Both the position numbers and the translations under genes were made by a program. Under the pieces are notes generated by a model. The model saw only the letters and a program-made list of their open reading frames with translations, ran no database searches and was not told where the DNA came from. A DNA stretch of 38,864 nt from an uncultured Bacilli bacterium (lineage in GTDB: Bacteria > Bacillota_I > Bacilli_A > RF39 > UBA660): positions 1-38,864 of the forward strand of contig CANQVV010000001.1 in assembly GCA_947627385.1 (NCBI GenBank), in the 5' to 3' direction. Positions 9,592-18,800 of this stretch are shown here, in pieces (position 1 is the stretch's first letter; every line of letters starts with the position of its first letter).

Positions 9592-10258
9592 GATTATTCT
9601 CCATTAAATCTGGACGACGTTTTTGAGTCCTTTTAATACTTTCATCATGACGATACTTTGCAATTTTTTCATGATCACCACTAAGCAAAACTTCTGGTAC
9701 TAATAATCCTCGAAATTCTCTTGGCTTCGTATAAGTAGGATAATCTAATAAATTATTGGTAAAAGAATCTTCCCAAGATGAACTTTCATTAATTACACCA
9801 TCCACTAATCTAGTAACAGAATCCGTAATAACCATCGCCGGTATTTCCCCACCAGTTAAAATATAATCACCAATACTAATTTCTAAATCGACAAATTCTC
9901 TAATGCGTTCATCATAACCCTCATAATGACCACAAATAATAATTAAATGTTTATACTTTTTTAAATCACGAGCCATTTTTTGATTGTATGTTTTTCCTTG
10001 GGGACAAGTTAAAATAACTAAACTATCTTCATCTTTAACACTTTCAATAGCTTTTACAACTGGTTCACACATTAAAACCATTCCTGCTCCCCCACCATAA
10101 GGTGTATCATCTACTTGATGATGTTTTAAAGTAGAAAATTTTCTAAAATCAATTATATTAATAGTAATTTTTTTATCATCAATAGCTCTTTTTATAATTG
10201 ATTCAGATAAAAAGCCATCAAATAGAGCAGGAAATAATGTTAATATATCAATTCTCAT
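9581..10258 (-). CDS. trmD: tRNA (guanine37-N1)-methyltransferase
   Basis: VDDTPYGGGAGMV, CGHYEGYDER and SIGDYILTGGE motifs. Confidence 0.98.
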   Translation of the reverse strand: MRIDILTLFPALFDGFLSESIIKRAIDDKKITINIIDFRKFSTLKHHQVDDTPYGGGAGMVLMCEPVVKAIESVKDEDSLVILTCPQGKTYNQKMARDLKKYKHLIIICGHYEGYDERIREFVDLEISIGDYILTGGEIPAMVITDSVTRLVDGVINESSSWEDSFTNNLLDYPTYTKPREFRGLLVPEVLLSGDHEKIAKYRHDESIKRTQKRRPDLMENNHED

Positions 10259-10749
10259 AATATTAAATCACTTCCTTTATTAGTTACTATTTTTTTATTT
10301 TTTAAATCTATTTCTTGAATATAATAATCAATTTTTGGTATATAAAATATTTTTTGACCTTTTATTTTCAGTAATACATCTTTAATGGTATATGTATAAT
10401 CTATAACTTTTCCAATTAATTTATCATTATCATATACTTGAAAACCAATTAAATCACTAAGTAAATATTCATCACTTCTTAATTTTAAATCTTCTCTTTT
10501 TATATAAATATCTAATCCTTTATATTTTAAGATATCATTTATATTATTATAACCATTTAAAGTAATTAAAAGATTATTTTGATGAATTCTTTTTGTATTA
10601 ATTACTTCTTCTTGTTTATATTCACCAATATAAATAATAAAATCTTTATTAAATACTTTTTCTTGATATTCAAAATTACTATTTACTTTTAACTCACCTT
10701 TAATACCAAATGTATTAATAATTTTTCCTACATATACATAATCAACCAT
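10255..10749 (-). CDS. rimM: Ribosome maturation factor RimM
   Basis: VGKIINTFGIKGELKV and DEYLLSDLIG motifs; directly upstream of trmD; start at MVDY after GAGG. Confidence 0.93.
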   Translation of the reverse strand: MVDYVYVGKIINTFGIKGELKVNSNFEYQEKVFNKDFIIYIGEYKQEEVINTKRIHQNNLLITLNGYNNINDILKYKGLDIYIKREDLKLRSDEYLLSDLIGFQVYDNDKLIGKVIDYTYTIKDVLLKIKGQKIFYIPKIDYYIQEIDLKNKKIVTNKGSDLIL

Positions 10750-11461
10750 TAAATACCTCATACATTAAAATACTCGCGGCAACACCAGCATTTAAACTTT
10801 CACAATTATTATTCATTTTTAAATTAACTTTAACTTCACATTTATCTTGAATCTTTTTACTAACACCATTACCTTCATTGCCAATTACAAGAGCACATTT
10901 TTTAAAATGGATATCTTTAATATTTTGACCATTTTTAACATCCGTAGTTATTTTAGTATAAGTATTATCTAAATTATCTAAAAATTCTTCTAAATTAGTT
11001 CTAATAATATTAATATGAAAAAGCATTCCTTCTGATGATCTAACCACCTTAGGATTATAGCCATCGACTGAATCATTACTTAATACAATAGTATTAAAAT
11101 TAAAAGCCACGGCACTTCTAATAATAGTTCCTAAATTACCTGGATCTTGTAGATTATCTAAAATAATTATATTTCCATCATAATTTTTTTCTTCCATTTG
11201 ATAACATAATGCAATTATCTTACTAGAAGTAACTTGATTTGATATTAATTTCATTATTTTATCAGTTACAACATAAGTTGGTACTTCATAATGACTATTA
11301 TTATTAGTTGTATAAATTTCTTTAACATAACCAGCTTTTAATGCCTCTAAAACTAAATGTTCATCTTCAACTAAAAACATTTTTTCAAGATCACGATATT
11401 TTTTTTGTTTTAATTTTTCTAAATATTTTATTTTTTCATTATTAACACTAGTAATTTCCAT
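10742..11461 (-). CDS. TrmH/SpoU-family RNA 2'-O-methyltransferase
   Basis: LQDPGNLGTIIRSA, GNEGNG and ESLNAGVAASI motifs. Confidence 0.93.
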   Translation of the reverse strand: MEITSVNNEKIKYLEKLKQKKYRDLEKMFLVEDEHLVLEALKAGYVKEIYTTNNNSHYEVPTYVVTDKIMKLISNQVTSSKIIALCYQMEEKNYDGNIIILDNLQDPGNLGTIIRSAVAFNFNTIVLSNDSVDGYNPKVVRSSEGMLFHINIIRTNLEEFLDNLDNTYTKITTDVKNGQNIKDIHFKKCALVIGNEGNGVSKKIQDKCEVKVNLKMNNNCESLNAGVAASILMYEVFNG

Positions 11462-11475
11462 TAGAACCACCACAC

Positions 11476-11508
11476 TTTTAGTATACTAAAACATCCTTAA
11501 TTTGACAA
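11476..11508 (-). promoter_or_regulatory. sigma-A promoter of the trmH-rimM-trmD operon, with a palindrome over the -10
   Basis: TTGTCA-17-TATACT; perfect palindrome TTTTAGTATACTAAAA at 11476-11491. Confidence 0.55.
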
Positions 11509-11517
11509 GAATAGAGC

Positions 11518-11588
11518 AAAAAAAGATTAGAGATTACTCTAATCATTAATTATTGTGTCAAGAAAAAAGCTACATCTCTGTAAGCTTT
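11518..11588 (-). terminator. Two tandem intrinsic terminators after the ylbL-like gene
   Basis: GATTAGAG/CTCTAATC and AAAGCTACA/TGTAAGCTTT hairpins, each followed by a T run on the minus strand. Confidence 0.6.
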
Positions 11589-11602
11589 CCTATCTATATC
11601 AA

Positions 11603-12613
11603 TTATTTATAATTATTTAAATATTCAATTGCTTCTTCTAAGGTTTTAACTTTTACCACTTTAATTTTTAAATTTCTTTTATCAACTACTTTTTTAGCTT
11701 CTTGATAATTTTCTTCTGGACAAAAGAAAATATCTGCTTTTATTTTATTAGCTCCTAAAATTTTATATTTAACTCCATCAATTTCTTCAACTGTTCCATC
11801 ACTATTAATAGCTCCAGTTCCAACAATATTTAATCCCTTTGTTATATCTTCATCAGTTAGGGCATTATAAATTGCTAAGGCCATCATTAAGCCTCCACTA
11901 CTACCAGATTCATTACTTTTCATTTTAACTGATACCGGGATTTCAGTTTCATAATCGTAGGTTGTATTAAAAGCTGCTCCTATCTTTAATGTTTTATCTG
12001 TATCTTCATAAAGATAAGCATATCTTTGATATTCTTTACCATCATGAACTACTTTAATATTAACTTTATCGCCTTTGGATAAAGTATTAACATATGCTTT
12101 TAATTCATCTACTTTACTTATTTTTTGATCATTAATACTAACTATTTCATCACCTATTTTTAAATTAGTTTTAGCTTCTTCTCCTAAATAAATAATTGGA
12201 TATTTTTCATTTTTAATTGTAATACTATAATCTGAGGCATTAAAAGCTGCAATAATAGCATTATCAATTCCTTCATTTAAATATTCTTTACTTATTTCCA
12301 TAGCTTCATCATAATTACCATTATCAATAATATCTTCTACTTTTACTAAATCCCAATCAGGCAAAACATAAGAAAGTAATATAAAAGGTAGTGTCCCTTT
12401 CATAGCAGTAACATAACTCATAGAAAGACTTCCTTCCTCCTTATATTCTTTATCAATTATAACTCGATTATCTAGATTAATAGTTCCTCCACTTTTATAA
12501 ATAACATAAGGAAATTCATAATAAAAAAGAACTATTAATAAAACCATAGCTATGAGAAATTTATAATTTTCCTTTAAAAATTTTTTAATTTTATCATATA
12601 ATTTATTAATCAT
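11603..12613 (-). CDS. PDZ-domain Lon-like (S16) serine protease, YlbL/SepM family
   Basis: N-terminal TM, PDZ region (LKIGDEIVSIN), SGSSGGLMMAL, GTGAI and IDGVKYK; adjacent to ylbJ as in Bacillus. Confidence 0.88.
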   Translation of the reverse strand: MINKLYDKIKKFLKENYKFLIAMVLLIVLFYYEFPYVIYKSGGTINLDNRVIIDKEYKEEGSLSMSYVTAMKGTLPFILLSYVLPDWDLVKVEDIIDNGNYDEAMEISKEYLNEGIDNAIIAAFNASDYSITIKNEKYPIIYLGEEAKTNLKIGDEIVSINDQKISKVDELKAYVNTLSKGDKVNIKVVHDGKEYQRYAYLYEDTDKTLKIGAAFNTTYDYETEIPVSVKMKSNESGSSGGLMMALAIYNALTDEDITKGLNIVGTGAINSDGTVEEIDGVKYKILGANKIKADIFFCPEENYQEAKKVVDKRNLKIKVVKVKTLEEAIEYLNNYK

Positions 12614-12653
12614 TATAACACCCTAATTTATTATAGCACTTTGGAGAACAATT

Positions 12654-13580
12654 ATGAATAGATTTAAAAAATTAATCTTTTTATTTATTTTTTGTGGTAT
12701 TATTTATTATTTATTTAAAAACAACTATTTATTAATAACCTCAGTTAATGATGCAGTTTATTTATGGCTTAATAAAGTATTTCCTTTTCTTTTTATTATG
12801 TTTATTATAAATGATATCATTATTAATACTAATTTATTAGATATTTTAAATGGCTATTTGGCTTCCATTTTTAATAAAATATTTCATACTTCATCATCTT
12901 CGGTAGAAGCCTTTATTTTATCTATTTTTAGTGGTACCCCATCCAGTGCCTTTATAATATTAGAAAAATTAAATAATAAATCTATTAATATAGATGATGC
13001 TAATAAATTAATTGCCTTTACTTTTTTTGTTAATCCCCTATTTTTATATAATATATTAAGTTCAACATTTAATACTTATATAGCTCTTAAAATTATTATT
13101 ATACATTACTTAACCAATATTATTATTGGCCTCTTATTTAGGGGAAAAATAAATAATAATACTAATAATTTCGATAATATTAAAACAAAGGAAAATATTT
13201 TTATTTTACTTACTAAGGCCATAAATAAAAGTTTTAATACTCTTTTAATGATTTTAGGCACTATTACTTTTTATATGATTTTAACTAATTTAATAACTAA
13301 TATCATATCATTTAATAATCTTTCTAATTTCTTAATTAAAGGATTACTTGAAATAACCCAAGCTTTAAATATATTAAACAAAGTAAATTATCCTAGCATC
13401 TTAAAAGAGATGATGGCTATATTTATCATCTCTTTTGGTGGTATGTCTATTCATAGTCAAGTTTTAGCTATTATTAATAATACAAAAATTAAATATTGTT
13501 ATTTTTTAATTGGCCGAATTTTACATGCTTTAATTAGTACAACTATTTATTTTTTTATTACTATTGCTACTTTTAGTTAA
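12654..13580 (+). CDS. ylbJ: Sporulation integral membrane protein YlbJ-like (nucleoside-recognition Gate family)
   Basis: LWLNKVFPFLF, SGTPS, NPLF, GLLEIT and SFGGMSIHSQ motifs; divergent from the ylbL-like gene. Confidence 0.8.
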   Translation: MNRFKKLIFLFIFCGIIYYLFKNNYLLITSVNDAVYLWLNKVFPFLFIMFIINDIIINTNLLDILNGYLASIFNKIFHTSSSSVEAFILSIFSGTPSSAFIILEKLNNKSINIDDANKLIAFTFFVNPLFLYNILSSTFNTYIALKIIIIHYLTNIIIGLLFRGKINNNTNNFDNIKTKENIFILLTKAINKSFNTLLMILGTITFYMILTNLITNIISFNNLSNFLIKGLLEITQALNILNKVNYPSILKEMMAIFIISFGGMSIHSQVLAIINNTKIKYCYFLIGRILHALISTTIYFFITIATFS

Positions 13581-14153
13581 AAAATTATTTAAATCTAAAT
13601 TACTACTATCAGAAGAAAAACTAATTTCCAGATCATCAATAATATTATTATCTTCAACATTATTTTTTTCATTAAAAGGATTATTATATAATTTGATATT
13701 TATTAAGAAATAATATTTATTATTATCATTATAGTAAGTAAATGTATAACATGGATCAATTTCAGCACCTTTCATTTGCCATGAATTTTTAGTACCCTTT
13801 GCTTGTTGATATCTAAAATAATATCTAGTATCATCATCTCCTAATTCATTAGTATAATCTTCTTTATCTGAGGTAAGTATAGAAGAAATATTATTATTAA
13901 AATGAAAAATAATAGTAATTTTATCATTAGTTGAATTATCTTCAACACTAGTTAGTGTATACTTATCTAAATCTGCTTCAATAGTTTTAATAACTTCCAT
14001 CCGATTAATTTGATTATTATAAGCAAAATTATTATTATCAGTTTCATTTTTTAAATCAATAAGTAACTCATATAAAAACATCAATATAGCACTTATTAAA
14101 ATTATACTTACTAAAAGTTCCATTAAACTCATTCCGTGATTATTAAGTTTCAT
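13530..14153 (-). CDS. Type IV pilin-like protein (class III signal peptide)
   Basis: KLNNHG|MSLMELLVSIILIS with Glu at +5. Confidence 0.8.
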   Translation of the reverse strand: MKLNNHGMSLMELLVSIILISAILMFLYELLIDLKNETDNNNFAYNNQINRMEVIKTIEADLDKYTLTSVEDNSTNDKITIIFHFNNNISSILTSDKEDYTNELGDDDTRYYFRYQQAKGTKNSWQMKGAEIDPCYTFTYYNDNNKYYFLINIKLYNNPFNEKNNVEDNNIIDDLEISFSSDSSNLDLNNFLTKSSNSNKKINSCTN

Positions 14154-14155
14154 AA

Positions 14156-15154
14156 TTATCCCTCACGATCAAAGTAAGCATAACAAGTTGTTTGATGATT
14201 ACTAGTTGTAAAACTGTTATTACTATAATATACTTCGGCATTAGAATTATCACATAAATAACCAACATATTTATAACCTGTTGTTGGTATTGAATAAGTA
14301 CGACTATACTTTTTACCAGTTGTATAACCTGAATGGCCAAAATTAGACTCTAACATATAAATTAAATCAGCATTATCACTATTATTATGATAATAAATAT
14401 TACATTCATCATTACTAACAACACTAAATTCTAAACCATTATCACTATTTTTAATAGTACTTCCATGTAGACAAGTATAACTTGCAAAAGAATAATTAAT
14501 GCCAGGAATATTCTCTACTTTACGATATTTTAAAGTCTCAAAACTATAAGTACCAGTTGTATCTTCAACAAATATATTAAGAGTTAAATTATTTTTAACA
14601 AACAATGCTTCACAAACAGTTTTATCTTGGGCTTTGATATCAAACTTACGAGTATTATTATCAAAACTAATTTGGGCATTATTACTACAACTAGAACTAA
14701 TTAACTCATAATCGGTCGTTGGCACACTATCAATCAAAATTTTAGAACTATTTAAATATTCTTTTTGATAAATTTCCAAAACAATATCTGAATCACTAGC
14801 AATAAAATAGGCATAACAAGTATCTTTATTAGTTGCTGCAATTAAGACATTACCATCTTCATAACTAATTTTTGAATTTCCTTTACAATAACTAAAATCT
14901 GGGGAAAAATTATAACCATAAGTTGGTAATTCATCAACTTCTTCATATTCTAATGTATCTTTATTCCAAACCATTAAAATTAAATTAATATCAGCTTCAT
15001 TTTTAGTAGCAAAACCATTTTTGATATCATATTTATATGAAGTTAATAAATTACGATTTTTAGAGTATGAATTAAGTAAAAAAATCATTAATAATAAAAA
15101 CATCAAAAAGAAAGTATATATTAAGCTTGTCGAAATAAAACCATTTTTCTTCAT
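14156..15154 (-). CDS. Minor pilin-like protein with four Cys-pair repeats
   Basis: MKKNG|FISTSLIYTFFLMF (no Glu+5, as in tip/ComGG-like pilins), followed by four repeats of about 65-75 aa. Confidence 0.65.
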   Translation of the reverse strand: MKKNGFISTSLIYTFFLMFLLLMIFLLNSYSKNRNLLTSYKYDIKNGFATKNEADINLILMVWNKDTLEYEEVDELPTYGYNFSPDFSYCKGNSKISYEDGNVLIAATNKDTCYAYFIASDSDIVLEIYQKEYLNSSKILIDSVPTTDYELISSSCSNNAQISFDNNTRKFDIKAQDKTVCEALFVKNNLTLNIFVEDTTGTYSFETLKYRKVENIPGINYSFASYTCLHGSTIKNSDNGLEFSVVSNDECNIYYHNNSDNADLIYMLESNFGHSGYTTGKKYSRTYSIPTTGYKYVGYLCDNSNAEVYYSNNSFTTSNHQTTCYAYFDREG

Positions 15155-15156
15155 AA

Positions 15157-15729
15157 TTACACACTTACCCAACTATAATAATTTTGACAAATATCTTTTT
15201 GACAAGTATTATACTCAACTACTAAAATATAATTACAAGAAATATCTATATAAAGAGTTTTTAAATAATTTAGCATATTATCACTTAAATTCATATATAA
15301 ACCATTACAATTTTCATATTCTAAACAATCTTTATCCAATGAACATTCTAAGGTACAATCTTTTAAATTATCTATTTTATTTTCTTTTAAAATAATTATT
15401 TGAGATACTTCAAAATCCGTAATTAATTTAGAAATAAAATTTTTATAATTTTCATGATTAATAAAAAGATTGGGATATTCCATACCAACAGTTACAAAAT
15501 ATTTATCATTATCATTAACCAATTCTTGGATTGGTAAATCAATATTTACTTCACTCAATCTTTCTTTTAAATAATGAGTACGATAAATATAACTTACATC
15601 ATCATAATCAATTCTAGTTTTTTCAGATTGTAGTACATTAGCAAAAGAAGAATATAAAATTAAAAGAGAACTTGTTAAAACAACAATAGCAACAATAGTT
15701 TCAACAAAGACAAAACCCTTTTTGTTCAT
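15157..15729 (-). CDS. Type IV pilin-like protein (class III signal peptide)
   Basis: MNKKG|FVFVETIVAIVVL with Glu at +5; Cys-rich C-terminal part. Confidence 0.82.
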   Translation of the reverse strand: MNKKGFVFVETIVAIVVLTSSLLILYSSFANVLQSEKTRIDYDDVSYIYRTHYLKERLSEVNIDLPIQELVNDNDKYFVTVGMEYPNLFINHENYKNFISKLITDFEVSQIIILKENKIDNLKDCTLECSLDKDCLEYENCNGLYMNLSDNMLNYLKTLYIDISCNYILVVEYNTCQKDICQNYYSWVSV

Positions 15730-15751
15730 ACTCTTCACTTCCCTATTATTA

Positions 15752-15780
15752 ATTATAACTTAAATAATTACATCTTGCAA
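15752..15780 (-). promoter_or_regulatory. sigma-A promoter of the pilin-like operon
   Basis: TTGCAA-17-TATAAT. Confidence 0.6.
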
Positions 15781-15782
15781 TT

Positions 15783-15812
15783 AAAAAACATTGAAGTTAA
15801 TCAATGCTTTTT
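15783..15812 (-). terminator. Probable terminator after essC
   Basis: CATTGA-6-TCAATG core flanked by A and T runs. Confidence 0.45.
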
Positions 15813-18800
15813 AGTTACCTTTAATATTAAAAATTTCAACTATTTTTACATATTGAGCTTTACCACGTTTAACAACAAAGGCAAAATTATCAGGGACATC
15901 TTCCCGCATTTCCGGAAGTCTTTGTGATACTTTTAAACAAAATTGATCATTTATACCACTACCAAGCCAAATACCATTAGTATTATTAACGTTACTACGA
16001 TACCATGAATCAAGTTCAATTTTCTTAATACCATCAATACTATCAACTAAAATAAAGTTGATAATACCTAAATTTTTACCTTGATTAAATATTTCATCTA
16101 ATTTTAGTTTATTCGAAGAATTTAAAACATTTTTAAATTCTTCAACCCCAATTATTAGAACAGTAATTGGTTTAATATTTTGGAAGATGCTTTTATCAAA
16201 ATTATTATTTTGATATTTTTCATTATTTTCCATCACATAATTATATAAACTAGTAAATATTTCATTTATATTTGTATCATAATATTTATAATATTTTTTA
16301 TTATTCTCATCAATATTAATTTCAACCATATTTAATACATATAATAAACTTTTTTGCAAATAAACAATTTGATTAATTAAAGGATTTAAGAAATTTTCTA
16401 AAATAGAAGTATCTAAACCAGTTACAATAGTAGCATAATTTTTAGTAAAATCATAAGTAACTACTTCTAAATCATTTTTATCGATTCCTACAACTAATTC
16501 ATCACCTTTACCTAAGGCAGAAGCAATATCATTATAACCAACTACTTCCGGTAAAGTTACAATTGGTTTAGCAAAAGTTTTTGATATTTTAGCAATCTCT
16601 AAACATTTTGATTTAACAGTTTTAACTATATCATCACGTTCACAAACAAGAGCAGTTTGAAATTCATAAATATCATCAATTTTTACTAAGCCTCGACCAT
16701 AAATATTAGCAGGATAATTTTTCCGAACATTACCTAAAACTGTTGCATAATCACCTTCATTATTTTGTTGTAATGTATAGAATAAACCAAAGTTTTGTCT
16801 TAGTTTAAATCTAACTCCATTTGGTGAATTAACTGTTATAACAAAATAAATACCATATTTTGTACAATCTCTTGTTAAGATTACCAAATCATCTTCTAAA
16901 TTACTATAATTTTCTTGATAAGCATCAAAATTATTTATGACCACCACAATACTTGGAACAGATAAACCACTATTACGGCAATAATTTAAATAGTCACCAC
17001 CAAAATCAGCAAATAATTTTTTTCTTTCCTCAATAGTTTTATTAAGCATTTTAAATAAATTATAAGTTTTTTCTTCATCATTACTTGCTAATATATCACC
17101 AACAATTGGACAATCTTTAAACATTTTTAAAGTTTCTGCACCAAAATCAATGATATAAAAATTTAATTCATTAGCTGTATAACATAACATTGAAGAATAT
17201 ATAAGAGTTGTAATAAAGTTTTCTTTTCCACTACCACTAGCTCCATAAATAGCAGCATTTCCTTCCATCGTTAGTGGAATAGTTAAAAGTCTTTGTTCTT
17301 GTTCATTTGGAACATCATATTCACCAATAATAGGATTAATAACATAATTTTCTTTTTGATAATTATATTTATTAGCTAAGTCTTCTACTTTAATTAAAGC
17401 AGGAATTTTAGCAAGCCATAAAGGATTACATTTAATATTTTGCTCTTTGGCTAAATTATCCAAATATTTGACAATATTTAATAATTCTTCTCCTAAATTA
17501 ACTGTATTAGTTGCCTTTTTCTCACGAGTTTCCTTAGTTTTAATTGGATAACCAATATTATTGATAAAATTAATAGATGTATCTAATGTTTTATTTACTT
17601 TTTCAGTAGGAATATAATTGCCTCCGGCCCATGCTGCTTGTCCTAAAACAAAAACTTCATTGTAGCCAACTTGAAAATAAAATCTTCCTGTTTGCTTTAA
17701 TAAGGCCGCATCAGGACATTTAATAACATCATTAGAATCAGATTTATCTTGTACTTTTAAACAAACTCTAAAACGAGCATTACTCCAAATTTGAGGGTCA
17801 ACTACACCACTTGGTTTTTGCGTAGCAAGAATTAAATGAACACCTAAACTACGACCAATTCTGGCTGTACTAATTAACTGCTCCATAAATTCTGGTTGTT
17901 GCGTTTTAAGTTCCGCAAATTCATCACTGATTATAAATAAATGTGATACTGGTTCATCAACAATTTTTTCACGATACATTTTTTGATATTTATAAATATC
18001 AATAGTACTTTCACCAGATTTTTCTCTGGCTTTATTAAATAAAGCTTGTCTTCTTTTAAGTTCACTTTCAATACTTGCCAAACTTCTTTTTATTTCATTG
18101 GTATCTAAGTTGGTAATTGTTCCAACTAAATGTGGTAATTTTAAACCTGTACTACTATTTTCAAAAGCACCAGCTAAGCCACCACCTTTATAATCAATTA
18201 AAATGAATTGAACTTCATAAGGATGATAATTTATCGCCATTGATAAAATGTAAGTAATAATAAATTCAGATTTACCACTACCAGTCATGCCAGCAATTAA
18301 GCCATGAGGGCCATGATATTTTTCATGTAAATCAATACTTATTTTTTCACCATTTTTACCATAACCAACTGGGGCAGCTAAATTTAACATAGGATTACTA
18401 TTTGCCCATCTATTTAATGCATTTAATTGTTCTATTTTACCAACATCATACATTTCTAAAAATCTTAATACATCTGGAAGTTGACCTTCATCATTATTAA
18501 TAAATTCAATAGGAATATTAGCCAAAGTTTTAGAAATAGTTTCATAATCTATTTGATAAGAAAAATCTACATTGTATTGAATATTATCTTCAATATTAGC
18601 ATTATTACAAAGTTGAGCTTTTTCACCATATAATTCTATGAAATTATTAATTTGATCAGGCAAATTAGTTACTTTACGATCTAAAATAAATAAACTAAAA
18701 CCTAAATACTTTTTACTTTCTAATATGGAATTAATAATTTCAAAATTTCTAATTTTTTTCAAATCATCAGTAATAATTAAATATAATTTATCATATTCAC

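Noticed and set aside
13530-13580. 51-bp convergent overlap of ylbJ and the pilin gene
   Set aside because: Short tail-to-tail overlaps are common in compact AT-rich genomes, and there is no evidence of function.
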